This document shows, piece by piece, positions 9,292 through 17,775 of a stretch of DNA of 64,000 bases. The notes under the pieces are model-generated. The model was not told the origin of the DNA. It saw nothing but the letters and a program-made list of their open reading frames with translations, and did no database searches. A program made the position numbers and the translations under genes. Numbering within the stretch: the first letter of the stretch is position 1; each line of letters opens with the position of its first letter. The DNA comes from a virus (lineage: Duplodnaviria; Caudoviricetes). The stretch lies in the IMG/VR virus record IMGVR_UViG_3300028603_000005, positions 27,662-91,661 of that record; one strand, 5' to 3'.

Positions 9292-9741
9292 TTAAAACTC
9301 TTCGTTAAATGTGTCCTCATCTACTTCTAAGATAGCATCTAATGTAGTGAACTCTGCTCCTTCTGCTGAGTTTAAGACATTAGCTCTTTCAGCTTCGGAT
9401 TTAATTTCTACAATAACTGATTCTAAGTCTCTAATCTTATCTTGAAGTTTACTTTGTTCATGTAAATCAGTAACTGCTTGAACTAATTTTGTTAACTGTT
9501 CTACAGGAGCAATTTGAGCTTTGGATGATACTTCTAACAATTTGATAATATCAGATTGCTTCATAACACTTAACTCTTCTTCTTTAGAAAGAATACCCAA
9601 TATCCTGTCTACGATTGTTTTATATAGAGGAGCTACTTCTACATGGTGTTCTACTGCTTGAGTAACTAACCCTGCTAATTGTGATAAGTTAGCATCTACT
9701 AAACTAACTTGATTTTCTGTTTTAACTAATTTGTTTGACAT
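9292..9741 (-). CDS. hypothetical coiled-coil protein
   Basis: Helical 149-aa ORF with acidic tail; function not recognised. Confidence 0.65.
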   Translation of the reverse strand: MSNKLVKTENQVSLVDANLSQLAGLVTQAVEHHVEVAPLYKTIVDRILGILSKEEELSVMKQSDIIKLLEVSSKAQIAPVEQLTKLVQAVTDLHEQSKLQDKIRDLESVIVEIKSEAERANVLNSAEGAEFTTLDAILEVDEDTFNEEF

Positions 9742-9754
9742 TATTTTACCTTCC

Positions 9755-10414
9755 TTATTTTAATTTGTTTAACTGAATGTTTTTTTGATAGAAGCCTTTA
9801 TTAACATTTAAGATTCCTAACCACTCATTTTGATTTAACTCATTACTTTCTTTTAGTAATAGTATTAGTAAAAGAAAAGCTTCTAACTCATCGTGAGATA
9901 CTTTCCTAACTTTAGGTGTACCATCTTTTTTAAGTTTATCATTAAGTATTTCTACTGTATAATTATTCTCGGTTAAAAAGTCTAAGATGTTATCTGCTGT
10001 GTGTCTACTTAGTTCTTTAGGATTTAAACCTTTCTTAACTTTTTCAGGTAAGGCTGAATTAAGGCTTCTTAAAGTGTTTGGGTTGACAGTAGAGATTTGT
10101 TTCACATTAGAGTATGAAAATAATGTTTTGGCTAATACTCCTGATAAGATACCTAACCTTGAAGCCATTAAAGAAGTTACCATAGGTTCTTCTATAATAA
10201 CATTTACTTCATTGTATCCACTAAGGACTTTAAGGACTTCTTCTGCTATGTTATCTGCTCTTAGAATTGCTTTAGGATATGTTTCATTAGTTCCTTCAGG
10301 TGAGATAGCTTTAAAGATAAACTTCTTTTTACTAGGAACATAAACACAGACCCCAGTTCTACTATAACTAGGGTCTATAGAAATATATGCTCTGTGACTA
10401 TTATAGTAAGTCAT
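9755..10414 (-). CDS. Holliday junction resolvase, RuvC-like
   Basis: ISIDPSYSRTG, IIEE and HDELEA: RNase H-fold catalytic residues. Confidence 0.8.
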   Translation of the reverse strand: MTYYNSHRAYISIDPSYSRTGVCVYVPSKKKFIFKAISPEGTNETYPKAILRADNIAEEVLKVLSGYNEVNVIIEEPMVTSLMASRLGILSGVLAKTLFSYSNVKQISTVNPNTLRSLNSALPEKVKKGLNPKELSRHTADNILDFLTENNYTVEILNDKLKKDGTPKVRKVSHDELEAFLLLILLLKESNELNQNEWLGILNVNKGFYQKNIQLNKLK

Positions 10415-11159
10415 CTAAAGTGATTTGTTTATCAGTGGCTTTTGGTGGAGTTGCTTTTGTTGAAGCTTTCTTTGGTGGAGTTGTATCTCCTAATAAGTCA
10501 TCTAAAGATACTGAAGGTTTACTGTTTGTTTCTTTAGGTGGAGTTGCTTTCTTTGTTGGAGCCTTCTTTTCAGGGACTACATCAAATCCTTCATCATCAT
10601 CTTCAATACCATCTAAACTAAACGATTCTTCTAATGATACGCCTACTGAGAACGGTTCTCCTTCACCAACTTTACAAACTGCTCCTAAGTAAGCAGTGAT
10701 ACCAGCTTTACCATTAACATTGTAAGGCTTGATTGTGATATCTGCATCTGCTACCATACCAGCGTAGAACTCATCATGTTCATCTTCTTCTAAAAGTCTT
10801 GCTCTTCCATTTGCTTCTCTAATAAATAAGGCAGGTTGAAATTTAGGACTTCCAGCTTTAACAACAAAAGCACCTTCTTCGTGTGGGTTGTCTTCTTTTG
10901 GACCACGATAAGGTAATGTTAAATCATTTGGTGTTCTATTGTTCCAATGTGTTGCGATAGCACTTTGTGCTACTTCTTTAACATAAGCTTTAACTAAATC
11001 TATTGTTTCCTTATCCCTAATAATAAACTCTGCTCCCCAACTACCAGCTTTAAACTGTCCTTCAGGTCTAGCAGTAACTAGGTATGGATACGAAACGATA
11101 ACATCAGTTAATCTTAGTTTCTTAATGTTGCCTTCGGCATCTCGTATAATTCTAGACAT
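10401..11159 (-). CDS. single-stranded DNA-binding protein (T7 gp2.5 / DUF2815-like)
   Basis: V.VSYPYL, FYAG, PYNVNGKAGITAYL.AV.KV.EGEPF; acidic low-complexity tail. Confidence 0.8.
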   Translation of the reverse strand: MSRIIRDAEGNIKKLRLTDVIVSYPYLVTARPEGQFKAGSWGAEFIIRDKETIDLVKAYVKEVAQSAIATHWNNRTPNDLTLPYRGPKEDNPHEEGAFVVKAGSPKFQPALFIREANGRARLLEEDEHDEFYAGMVADADITIKPYNVNGKAGITAYLGAVCKVGEGEPFSVGVSLEESFSLDGIEDDDEGFDVVPEKKAPTKKATPPKETNSKPSVSLDDLLGDTTPPKKASTKATPPKATDKQITLDDLL

Positions 11160-11214
11160 GTATTCACTCTCCTTTTTGTCTTTATACTATTAGAAGGTAT
11201 TTACCTTCTATATA

Positions 11215-11242
11215 CTATAGTGTAGAAATATTCTTTTTATAT
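11215..11242 (-). promoter_or_regulatory. phage promoter motif ATATAAA-N12-ACACTATAG (copy before ssb)
   Basis: One of 7 copies with an invariant 12-nt spacer. Confidence 0.8.
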
Positions 11243-11269
11243 AAGGTGTATTACACTGTGTTGATTAAA

Positions 11270-11413
11270 AATAGACTACCTTAATGGAACACTTAGGCAA
11301 TAAAATAGAAAGGAGGATTTATATATTTAGGAAAAATATATGGATTAATAAAACATAATTAATAATAAAAAATATAAAAGGAGTTCCTAAGTGTCCCATT
11401 GAGGTAGTCTATT
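11270..11413. repeat. 28-bp inverted repeat (26/28 match) around an 88-nt AT-rich spacer
   Basis: Arms 11270-11297 AATAGACTACCTTAATGGAACACTTAGG and 11386-11413. Confidence 0.85.
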
Positions 11414-11882
11414 CAGTTTTTAGTTTTAAATATATTCTTAGCAATTCTTGATAGTTAATCTTATCATATTGATAAGCTTTATAGACTTCTTTTAATAAGT
11501 TTTTAGTTTGGTCTGTTTCTGTTGTTTCTCTACTAAACTCTTTAGCTAAGTCTATTGGTTGGTTTTCTTTTAAGAATACTTCTTGTTCAGTTTCAGTAAG
11601 TTTGTTCCAAAGATGTTCTCCTACTTTATAAGGGTCTTCATTAATAAGTAGTTTAATAATATCTTCAGGCTTGTATAACTTTTGTTCTGAAAAGCACCAG
11701 AGAGTTTCTTTACCACCGTTATTATAGATAACTGCTGCTGGTGTGTTGGTGTTGTCATGAAAGGGACAGAAGCAAGGTCTACCCACAGTATAGATATTCT
11801 CTGAGTTGAGCTTAGGCAATACTGTGGTGAACTTTACTTTTTCATTTAGTAGTTTAATAAAAGTTTCTTTATCTACTTTCAT
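11409..11882 (-). CDS. stand-alone primase zinc-binding (CHC2-like) domain protein
   Basis: CFCPFHDNTNTPA...WCFS. Confidence 0.75.
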   Translation of the reverse strand: MKVDKETFIKLLNEKVKFTTVLPKLNSENIYTVGRPCFCPFHDNTNTPAAVIYNNGGKETLWCFSEQKLYKPEDIIKLLINEDPYKVGEHLWNKLTETEQEVFLKENQPIDLAKEFSRETTETDQTKNLLKEVYKAYQYDKINYQELLRIYLKLKTE

Positions 11883-12367
11883 AGTTGGTCTGGAACATTG
11901 ATTTTAATTTTGTTCTTTGGTACATATTTAGCAGTTAACTGAACAAAAACATAACCACCTGAGAACCAATAATCTAACTCAGTGTACTTCTTGTTGGGAT
12001 TTAATAAGATAGTTTTATCTACTTTACCTGTCTCATGGCTTTCTACAGTTCCTAACTCACCTTTGTAGCTACCTACTATAGAAGATGAGCCTCTAACATA
12101 AACTTCGGTTTGGTCTTTGTTTGTAGTTACAGTAATATCTTTATCTAAAACACCAAAGGCTTTTACTAAATATAGTTCAACATCACCTTTAATATCAAAA
12201 GGTTTTACATACTCTACTTCTGGAATATCATCTTCATCAGTAGCATCACGGCTATTATAGTTAAAAGGTTCTGCTCGTTTTTCAACTTCTTCTTTTATTC
12301 CAAAGACTTTTTTTAAATATTCAAGCTCTTCTTTTTTTAAATACTTTGTTAAATCTATCACTATCAT
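11879..12367 (-). CDS. small heat-shock-protein (Hsp20/alpha-crystallin)-like protein, paralogue 2
   Basis: VKAFGVLDKDITVT....EVYVRG...GGYVFVQL fits the Hsp20 beta-sandwich pattern; paralogous to 12364-12834. Confidence 0.55.
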   Translation of the reverse strand: MIVIDLTKYLKKEELEYLKKVFGIKEEVEKRAEPFNYNSRDATDEDDIPEVEYVKPFDIKGDVELYLVKAFGVLDKDITVTTNKDQTEVYVRGSSSIVGSYKGELGTVESHETGKVDKTILLNPNKKYTELDYWFSGGYVFVQLTAKYVPKNKIKINVPDQL

Positions 12368-12834
12368 TTCTTTTCCTCCACGACTTTTGGTTTGTTAATC
12401 TTAATTTTGTTTTTAGGTTCGTTTTTAGTAGTGAGTGTTACTACAACAAAACCTCCTACAAACTCATAGTCTAAGGCAGTGTATCTTTTACTTTCATCTA
12501 ATAAGATAACTGCTTCTACTTTTTCATCAAAAGTGTTTACAATATCTGTACCTTCGTTTTGGCCAACATAGGTAGAATAACCTTCGATGTTAACTTCAGT
12601 TTGGTCTTCATTTAAAGTAATGTTGATATCTTCTTCTCTAACACCGAAAGTTCTAACATAAAAGACTTCTTTGTTTTTAAGTTTTGCGAAAGGGTCTTCA
12701 TAAACATCTTTGGCTTTTTCCTCTGTACCAGTTTCTGTTTTAGGGTTTTGACAGCCTTTATCTCCTTCAAGATTTTCAACTATTTTATCTATTGGTTCAC
12801 TTACTGTTTTTAAATAATCATTACTAAAATTCAT
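12364..12834 (-). CDS. small heat-shock-protein (Hsp20)-like protein, paralogue 1
   Basis: VRTFGVREEDINITL...EVNIEG...GGFVVVTL; C-terminal KIKIN (IxI-like motif). Confidence 0.55.
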   Translation of the reverse strand: MNFSNDYLKTVSEPIDKIVENLEGDKGCQNPKTETGTEEKAKDVYEDPFAKLKNKEVFYVRTFGVREEDINITLNEDQTEVNIEGYSTYVGQNEGTDIVNTFDEKVEAVILLDESKRYTALDYEFVGGFVVVTLTTKNEPKNKIKINKPKVVEEKK

Positions 12835-12838
12835 TTTT

Positions 12839-13051
12839 TCACTTCTCCAATTCGTTAATTAAATTTCTTAATGCGATTGCAACAGAAAACATCTTAACAT
12901 GCTTATCTGCTAATTCTTTTTCAAAGTGTACTGAATCAATACACTTCTCTATTTCTTTATATTTGTCTTTTAAATATTCTAAATCAATTTCAAAAACTTC
13001 TTTTTTCTTTAGGACGAATTCATTTTCTCCTATTTGTTTTATACTTGCCAT
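12839..13051 (-). CDS. hypothetical protein
   Basis: First ORF after a phage promoter motif. Confidence 0.6.
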   Translation of the reverse strand: MASIKQIGENEFVLKKKEVFEIDLEYLKDKYKEIEKCIDSVHFEKELADKHVKMFSVAIALRNLINELEK

Positions 13052-13075
13052 ACTCTTTATTATCCCTTCTATATA

Positions 13076-13103
13076 CTATAGTGTGGAAAAGGATGTTTTA
13101 TAT
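13076..13103 (-). promoter_or_regulatory. phage promoter motif ATATAAA-N12-ACACTATAG
   Basis: Exact consensus, 12-nt spacer. Confidence 0.8.
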
Positions 13104-13412
13104 ATCCTTGTCTTCAAAGTCTTTTGTGTAGACTAATTTCCACGCTTCACCGAAGTCATCTATTAAATAGTATTCATCGTGTGTCATACTGTTAGGAGCT
13201 TCCATATAAGCAATCTCACCACACTCTTCACAAAGCTCTTCACCTGATGCTGATACGAACCTTGTGCCATCTTCTTTAAAGTGTTTTTCACCACAACCTT
13301 CACAAGTGTAAGTTTGTGTATTTAAGAACTCAGCTAATGTTTCTGGTTTGTTAGTTGGTTTGTTGTGCTTTTCACACCATTTTATAAAAAGTTCGAAACT
13401 TGTTTTAGTCAT
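13098..13412 (-). CDS. zinc-finger protein
   Basis: CEGC and CEEC pairs; SD GGAGG. Confidence 0.65.
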   Translation of the reverse strand: MTKTSFELFIKWCEKHNKPTNKPETLAEFLNTQTYTCEGCGEKHFKEDGTRFVSASGEELCEECGEIAYMEAPNSMTHDEYYLIDDFGEAWKLVYTKDFEDKDI

Positions 13413-13424
13413 TTTGTATCCTCC

Positions 13425-13658
13425 TTATTCAAAATTAACTTCTAACTCTGGGAACTTCTCTAACAACTTTGTTTGAAGTTCATACAATAACTTGAAGCTT
13501 TCATAGTCTTCTTTCCAACCTATAATATCTTTTTGGAAGTAGTATTGATTGTCATGATAGTCATACATGTTTAAAGCTTCTTCTGGAGTTTTGTTCTCCA
13601 TCACTTTGTCAAAATTCTTTAGTGTTTTTTTAATGCTTTCTTTTACTGGTTTGTTCAT
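13425..13658 (-). CDS. hypothetical early protein (start re-placed at MNKPV)
   Basis: A sigma70 promoter at 13691-13719 overlaps the longer ORF call; SD before 13658. Confidence 0.6.
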   Translation of the reverse strand: MNKPVKESIKKTLKNFDKVMENKTPEEALNMYDYHDNQYYFQKDIIGWKEDYESFKLLYELQTKLLEKFPELEVNFE

Positions 13659-13690
13659 TATAAACCCCTTCCTTTTCTTATTCTGACTAT

Positions 13691-13719
13691 AGTATAACAT
13701 CAAAGAAAAAGATTGTCAA
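13691..13719 (-). promoter_or_regulatory. sigma70-type promoter TTGACA-17-TATACT (extended TG)
   Basis: Near consensus; nearly identical copy at 29338-29366. Confidence 0.85.
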
Positions 13720-13724
13720 CACTT

Positions 13725-13961
13725 TTAATAAATAAATTTTCTTAATTTTCTTTTACTGTCTGAAAAGGCTATAAAATCTTTTCTATAAGCCCAAGCACCT
13801 ATTCTATTAGACTTTGTTTTTAGTTTATACCAAAAGGTGTAGTTAAAATATATTTCTTGCTCATCTCCAGTTGTCCAAGCCCAAATTTTAACTATAGTGT
13901 TATCATGTAGTAAACCATACTTACCATCTTCTTTATTATAATTTCTAAGTTTTGTATTCAT
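13725..13961 (-). CDS. hypothetical protein
   Basis: ORF in a tightly packed run. Confidence 0.6.
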   Translation of the reverse strand: MNTKLRNYNKEDGKYGLLHDNTIVKIWAWTTGDEQEIYFNYTFWYKLKTKSNRIGAWAYRKDFIAFSDSKRKLRKFIY

Positions 13962-13962
13962 A

Positions 13963-14256
13963 TTATATCAAGTACTCCCAATCAAACTTTTGTGAAATGT
14001 CCTCAACAAACTCAAGGATATTTTTAACTATGTCTTTCTCTTCATGAGTTAAACCTAAAAAGTTGTGTGCTACTAATTCAACTCCTGTAAAAAATTCTTT
14101 GTTTCCATCTATGGTTGCTACAACAAAACAATTATCAACATCTTCCCACTTAACTATTTCATACTTAGTGATATCTATAAAAGACCTCATTGTTTTGGGG
14201 TCTTTTGTAGAAACACCTCTTCTTAACCCTATATTTTTAATTCTAATATTAACCAT
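13963..14256 (-). CDS. hypothetical protein
   Basis: ORF with SD GGAGG. Confidence 0.65.
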   Translation of the reverse strand: MVNIRIKNIGLRRGVSTKDPKTMRSFIDITKYEIVKWEDVDNCFVVATIDGNKEFFTGVELVAHNFLGLTHEEKDIVKNILEFVEDISQKFDWEYLI

Positions 14257-14267
14257 TTTGTTTCCTC

Positions 14268-14729
14268 CTAATATCTCTTAAACTCACTCTTGGGAAAAAT
14301 CCACAATACTCCCTGACTACCTAAATCTGAAATAGGTAAAGCTTTTGGTGGTAGTTCAAACTCTACTACACTATCTAAAAGTTGTTGATTAAACTCTTCA
14401 TCATCTGTGAAGTAATCTTTAATGTTCTCTTTAAAAGCAAATAGCCAAAGTCCTAAATAATGCTCACCAGCTAGTTCTTCAAGTTGTTCTATATATTCTA
14501 TTGCTTTATCTTTTTCAGGTTCATCTATATAACCTAACTCAAACATTGTGTTGAGGATATCTTCATTACCTAAATCTTCATATTCATACTCTAAAATATC
14601 TAAGGCTTTATAAGGTCTTCTTGGTGAACCATAAAGTTCATCACTTCTATATCCTTTATTATTTTGAAGCATTGTGTAAAGTTCTTGTGTTGCTTGGTTC
14701 AGCTTTTCTTTCATATCTACCCCAATCAC
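14268..14729 (-). CDS. hypothetical protein
   Basis: ORF; acidic; C-terminal PISDLGSQG.LW. Confidence 0.65.
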   Translation of the reverse strand: MIGVDMKEKLNQATQELYTMLQNNKGYRSDELYGSPRRPYKALDILEYEYEDLGNEDILNTMFELGYIDEPEKDKAIEYIEQLEELAGEHYLGLWLFAFKENIKDYFTDDEEFNQQLLDSVVEFELPPKALPISDLGSQGVLWIFPKSEFKRY

Positions 14730-15358
14730 AGTTTAACTATTGTCCCTAATGCAATATCGTTTACATTAAATTTTCTATCACTAGAAACTCTTGTATTTCC
14801 ATATACTTTTGTAAGTCCATATACTTTTGCATCACCAGAAACACTTGCATTTCCATACACTCTTGCATTTCCATACACTCTTGCATTCCCATGAACATAT
14901 GCATATCTATGAATACTTGCATTGCCATATATTTTCGCACGTTTACCAACTATTGCATATCCATAAACAACAGCATCATCGAATACTCTTGCACTGTCAA
15001 ACACTCCTGCATTGTCAAATACTTTAGCGTTGCCATAAACTTGAGCCTTGCCATATACTTCTGCATTACCATACACTCTTGCATTTCCATACACTCTTGC
15101 AAGTCCATACACTTTTGCATTACCACTAACTTTTGCATTATCAGATACTTTAGCACTGGCATGAACTATTGCTTTGTCATAAATCCAGCAATCACCTTCG
15201 TGTGATAGGTTATTTTCACTTTCTACAAAACCACCTAAGTCACCAGTTTTAACATTTCCAAAATCTTTTAAGGCTCTAATTCTGTAAACAGAGCCGTGTC
15301 CCGGCATCCCTTTGGTTTTATTTGTTAATTCATATTTTTTCATATACTTTCGTTCCAA
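14726..15358 (-). CDS. hexapeptide-repeat (left-handed beta-helix) protein
   Basis: YRIRALKDFG.V..GDLGGFVE.E.NLS followed by many (V/I)YGNA(R/K) repeats encoded by 18-bp tandem repeats. Confidence 0.85.
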   Translation of the reverse strand: MERKYMKKYELTNKTKGMPGHGSVYRIRALKDFGNVKTGDLGGFVESENNLSHEGDCWIYDKAIVHASAKVSDNAKVSGNAKVYGLARVYGNARVYGNAEVYGKAQVYGNAKVFDNAGVFDSARVFDDAVVYGYAIVGKRAKIYGNASIHRYAYVHGNARVYGNARVYGNASVSGDAKVYGLTKVYGNTRVSSDRKFNVNDIALGTIVKL

Positions 15359-15379
15359 TCTAATCTTTCTAACGCTTCT

Positions 15380-15652
15380 TTACTTGTCATTTTCTAACTC
15401 CAAAATTTTTGTTTTAATTCTTTGATAATCTTCATACTCTATATGATTTAAGGCAGGAAATTCTTGCTCGTGCTTTTCTTTTTCACGATAAAGTGTTAAT
15501 AACTTTTCTTGCTTTTGTGCCATTCTAATTGCTTTTGATATTTTATTCATTTGATTAAGACTTAACATATAACAATCATCATCTTCATCTTGTGGGTCTG
15601 TAAAACTATCTAGTAATATATCTAATACTTCGTCATAAATTGATTTACTCAT
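15380..15652 (-). CDS. hypothetical protein
   Basis: ORF coupled to neighbours. Confidence 0.6.
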   Translation of the reverse strand: MSKSIYDEVLDILLDSFTDPQDEDDDCYMLSLNQMNKISKAIRMAQKQEKLLTLYREKEKHEQEFPALNHIEYEDYQRIKTKILELENDK

Positions 15653-15900
15653 TCTAATTCCTCCTTTAACTTTTTTATTTCTTCTGAAGTTAGTAAATTT
15701 TTCGCTTTCTTATATGCATTAAACATAATAATGTCATTTTTTAATTCCATTTCCTTATTATAAACTTCATTTTGACATACATTACAATAAGTTATGTAAA
15801 GATTTTCAGTAATTTCAATATCTTTAACTTTGTATGTTCTTTCTTCTTCTTTTATTATTACATCGTGAATCATACCACAGGTTTCACAATACTTGCTCAT
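15649..15900 (-). CDS. stand-alone MqsA-like zinc-binding antitoxin domain (no HTH)
   Basis: CETC...YKVKD..I.....CNVC.NEVY...ND....AYK...LLTSEEIK; ends where the HTH of MqsA-family antitoxins begins. Confidence 0.65.
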   Translation of the reverse strand: MSKYCETCGMIHDVIIKEEERTYKVKDIEITENLYITYCNVCQNEVYNKEMELKNDIIMFNAYKKAKNLLTSEEIKKLKEELE

Positions 15901-16158
15901 TTTTCTAACTCCTTATCTTCAACAATAATTCCAAAAACTGCTAATGCCCTGTAAATATCATTATATGTTCCTCTGCGACTTAATTGCGTATATTTTGCTA
16001 AATCAGAAATTAAATCTATCGCTTGCCACTCTACTACTTGCCACGATACAGTTTTCCTTAAAGCTCTTCTCGCCTCAGTAATTGCTGGTAAGTCGTCTAA
16101 ATCATTTTTTTATTATCTCCTTTATCGTTCGTATCATTACTTAATAGTAAAGGGCTTA

Positions 16159-16265
16159 TTATTCATTTTTGAAGGACAATCGTCAAATTATTTGATAATT
16201 AGCCTCAATAATCAACTCTTTTATTCATTTTTGAAGGACAATCGTCAAATTATTTGATAATTAGC
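16159..16265. repeat. two exact 45-bp direct repeats, 62-bp period
   Basis: TTATTCATTTTTGAAGGACAATCGTCAAATTATTTGATAATTAGC at 16159-16203 and 16221-16265. Confidence 0.9.
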
Positions 16266-16287
16266 ATTATTAATTAGTTTTTTCATT

Positions 16288-16623
16288 TTATTCGCTCCAA
16301 TCTAAACGCTGACCACACTCACTACAATAATTTGAATACTCACTTAAATAATGTTGGTGACAATTAGGACAATAATTATAATCAGTTTTAAACACTTTCT
16401 TTGCCGTGTCTCTTTCTGTTAATTCTAATAACCTTTTATCTTTCTTTTTAAGACGTTCTAATTCGTTGAGGGCTTGTTGTATCTCATCGATGACTTTTTC
16501 ATCTGCTGTAATAGGTAATAAACGTGCTGACGTTAGTGTGTTAATTACTACTTGTTTCGTAATAATGTTTTTATCTGTTGCTTTTTCATGCATAATCATT
16601 TTCTTTCTCCTTATCTTCAACAA
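16288..16623 (-). CDS. zinc-ribbon protein
   Basis: CPNC...YCSECGQRLDW, a common phage zinc ribbon. Confidence 0.7.
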   Translation of the reverse strand: MLKIRRKKMIMHEKATDKNIITKQVVINTLTSARLLPITADEKVIDEIQQALNELERLKKKDKRLLELTERDTAKKVFKTDYNYCPNCHQHYLSEYSNYCSECGQRLDWSE

Positions 16624-16784
16624 TCATTTTTGGTTGTTTTTATTTTCAACAATCGTTTTTGGTTGTTCGGTATGAACTGATACCAAAAACTTGTACTTAG
16701 TGCATATTGGGCTAAGTGTCCTATTAAACGAACGATGTAATATTGTTTGTCATTTTACTGCCTCCTGTTTATTTATCTATATTC

Positions 16785-16813
16785 ATTATATCATATCACT
16801 TTTAAAATGTAAA
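16785..16813 (-). promoter_or_regulatory. sigma70-type promoter TTTACA-17-TATAAT
   Basis: Consensus match with TG extension. Confidence 0.65.
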
Positions 16814-17006
16814 CAGTATTTTTAAACTTAGTCTTTTAGTAATGTCAATAAGTCTTTCGCAGATATTACACCGAACTTTATCGCCAACTTTAAATTTACT
16901 CACACACAACAAGTTCCCTTAATCTCTCTTTTGTTATCTCAAAATATTTTGTCAACACTTTTGTTAAATGTTTTTATAAGTGTTAGTTCTAATTTATATA
17001 ACTTAC

Positions 17007-17303
17007 TTAAAATAATGTGGGATTGTTATCTAAGTAATCCTTTATTTTTACTTTACTTGCTATGGTTGATTCTTCAACAAAATTATATTTATTGAGAATT
17101 TTAAAACTTCTTTTAGGATTCTTATTTAAAAGTAGTAATAAGTTTTTAACTGATTCAATAGGAGAGGTAATTCCTTTTTCCCAGTTAGTTATTGTTCTAT
17201 GACTAACACCTACTAAATTAGCAAATTCTTGTTGTGTTAGTTTTAATTTTTTTCTTAATTTAATTATAAATTCTTGGTTTATATTAACATATTTTTTATT
17301 CAT
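17007..17303 (-). CDS. XRE-family helix-turn-helix protein
   Basis: LRKKLKLTQQEFANLVGVS.RTI.NWEKG. Confidence 0.85.
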   Translation of the reverse strand: MNKKYVNINQEFIIKLRKKLKLTQQEFANLVGVSHRTITNWEKGITSPIESVKNLLLLLNKNPKRSFKILNKYNFVEESTIASKVKIKDYLDNNPTLF

Positions 17304-17764
17304 TATATCCCTCCTAACTCTTCTAAGTATTCTTTTAATTCTTGTGTGTATACTGTATCAACAACTTCTTCTAAAATAATATCAAGACCTTCACTTGGAA
17401 TAACTCCTGAGTATTTAAGAGTTATTTGGTCAAAGTGTATTGTTCCATATTCTTCTATTATTTCATCAAAGAAGTCAAAGTTATAATCATCTAACTCTAA
17501 CTTATCTAAGTCTAAGTTTTCTGGATATACTACTAATACTTTAGGACTTCCTTCACCTTCTGAGTTGTTAGCAAAGTTGTAGGCTGAACTTATTACTGTG
17601 TCTAACCAAACAGACTTGTCATTCCAAACAGACTTCTCTGGAGTTATTCCTTTTTCATAAATACTTTTTAAGTTTGCTGAAGTTGTTCCATGAAACAGTA
17701 TATGGTTTTCTTTTAACTCTAACTTGTGTCCTTTATACTCAAATGTTTTTAATACTTTACCCAT
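17303..17764 (-). CDS. ADP-ribosyltransferase / Tpt1-like fold protein
   Basis: LFHGT....L.SI...GI.P, VWL....A..FA and Y.GVIP motifs. Confidence 0.55.
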   Translation of the reverse strand: MGKVLKTFEYKGHKLELKENHILFHGTTSANLKSIYEKGITPEKSVWNDKSVWLDTVISSAYNFANNSEGEGSPKVLVVYPENLDLDKLELDDYNFDFFDEIIEEYGTIHFDQITLKYSGVIPSEGLDIILEEVVDTVYTQELKEYLEELGGI

Positions 17765-17775
17765 AGTTTTCTCCT

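Noticed and set aside
9292-9741. Terminase small subunit
   Set aside because: Size and helical character fit, but no motif was recognised and it is far from terL; left as hypothetical.
11215-11242. ACACTATAG as an SP6/T7-type single-subunit RNA polymerase promoter
   Set aside because: Only the CACTATAG core matches. The upstream 12 nt are unconserved and a second box lies at fixed distance, which is sigma-type architecture. No such polymerase is in the window.
11319-11399. 26-aa hydrophobic ORF (MGHLGTPFIFF...) inside the inverted repeat as a type I toxin
   Set aside because: No SD, and hydrophobicity is expected from a T-rich strand; a mirror ORF starts from the other arm simply because of the repeat.
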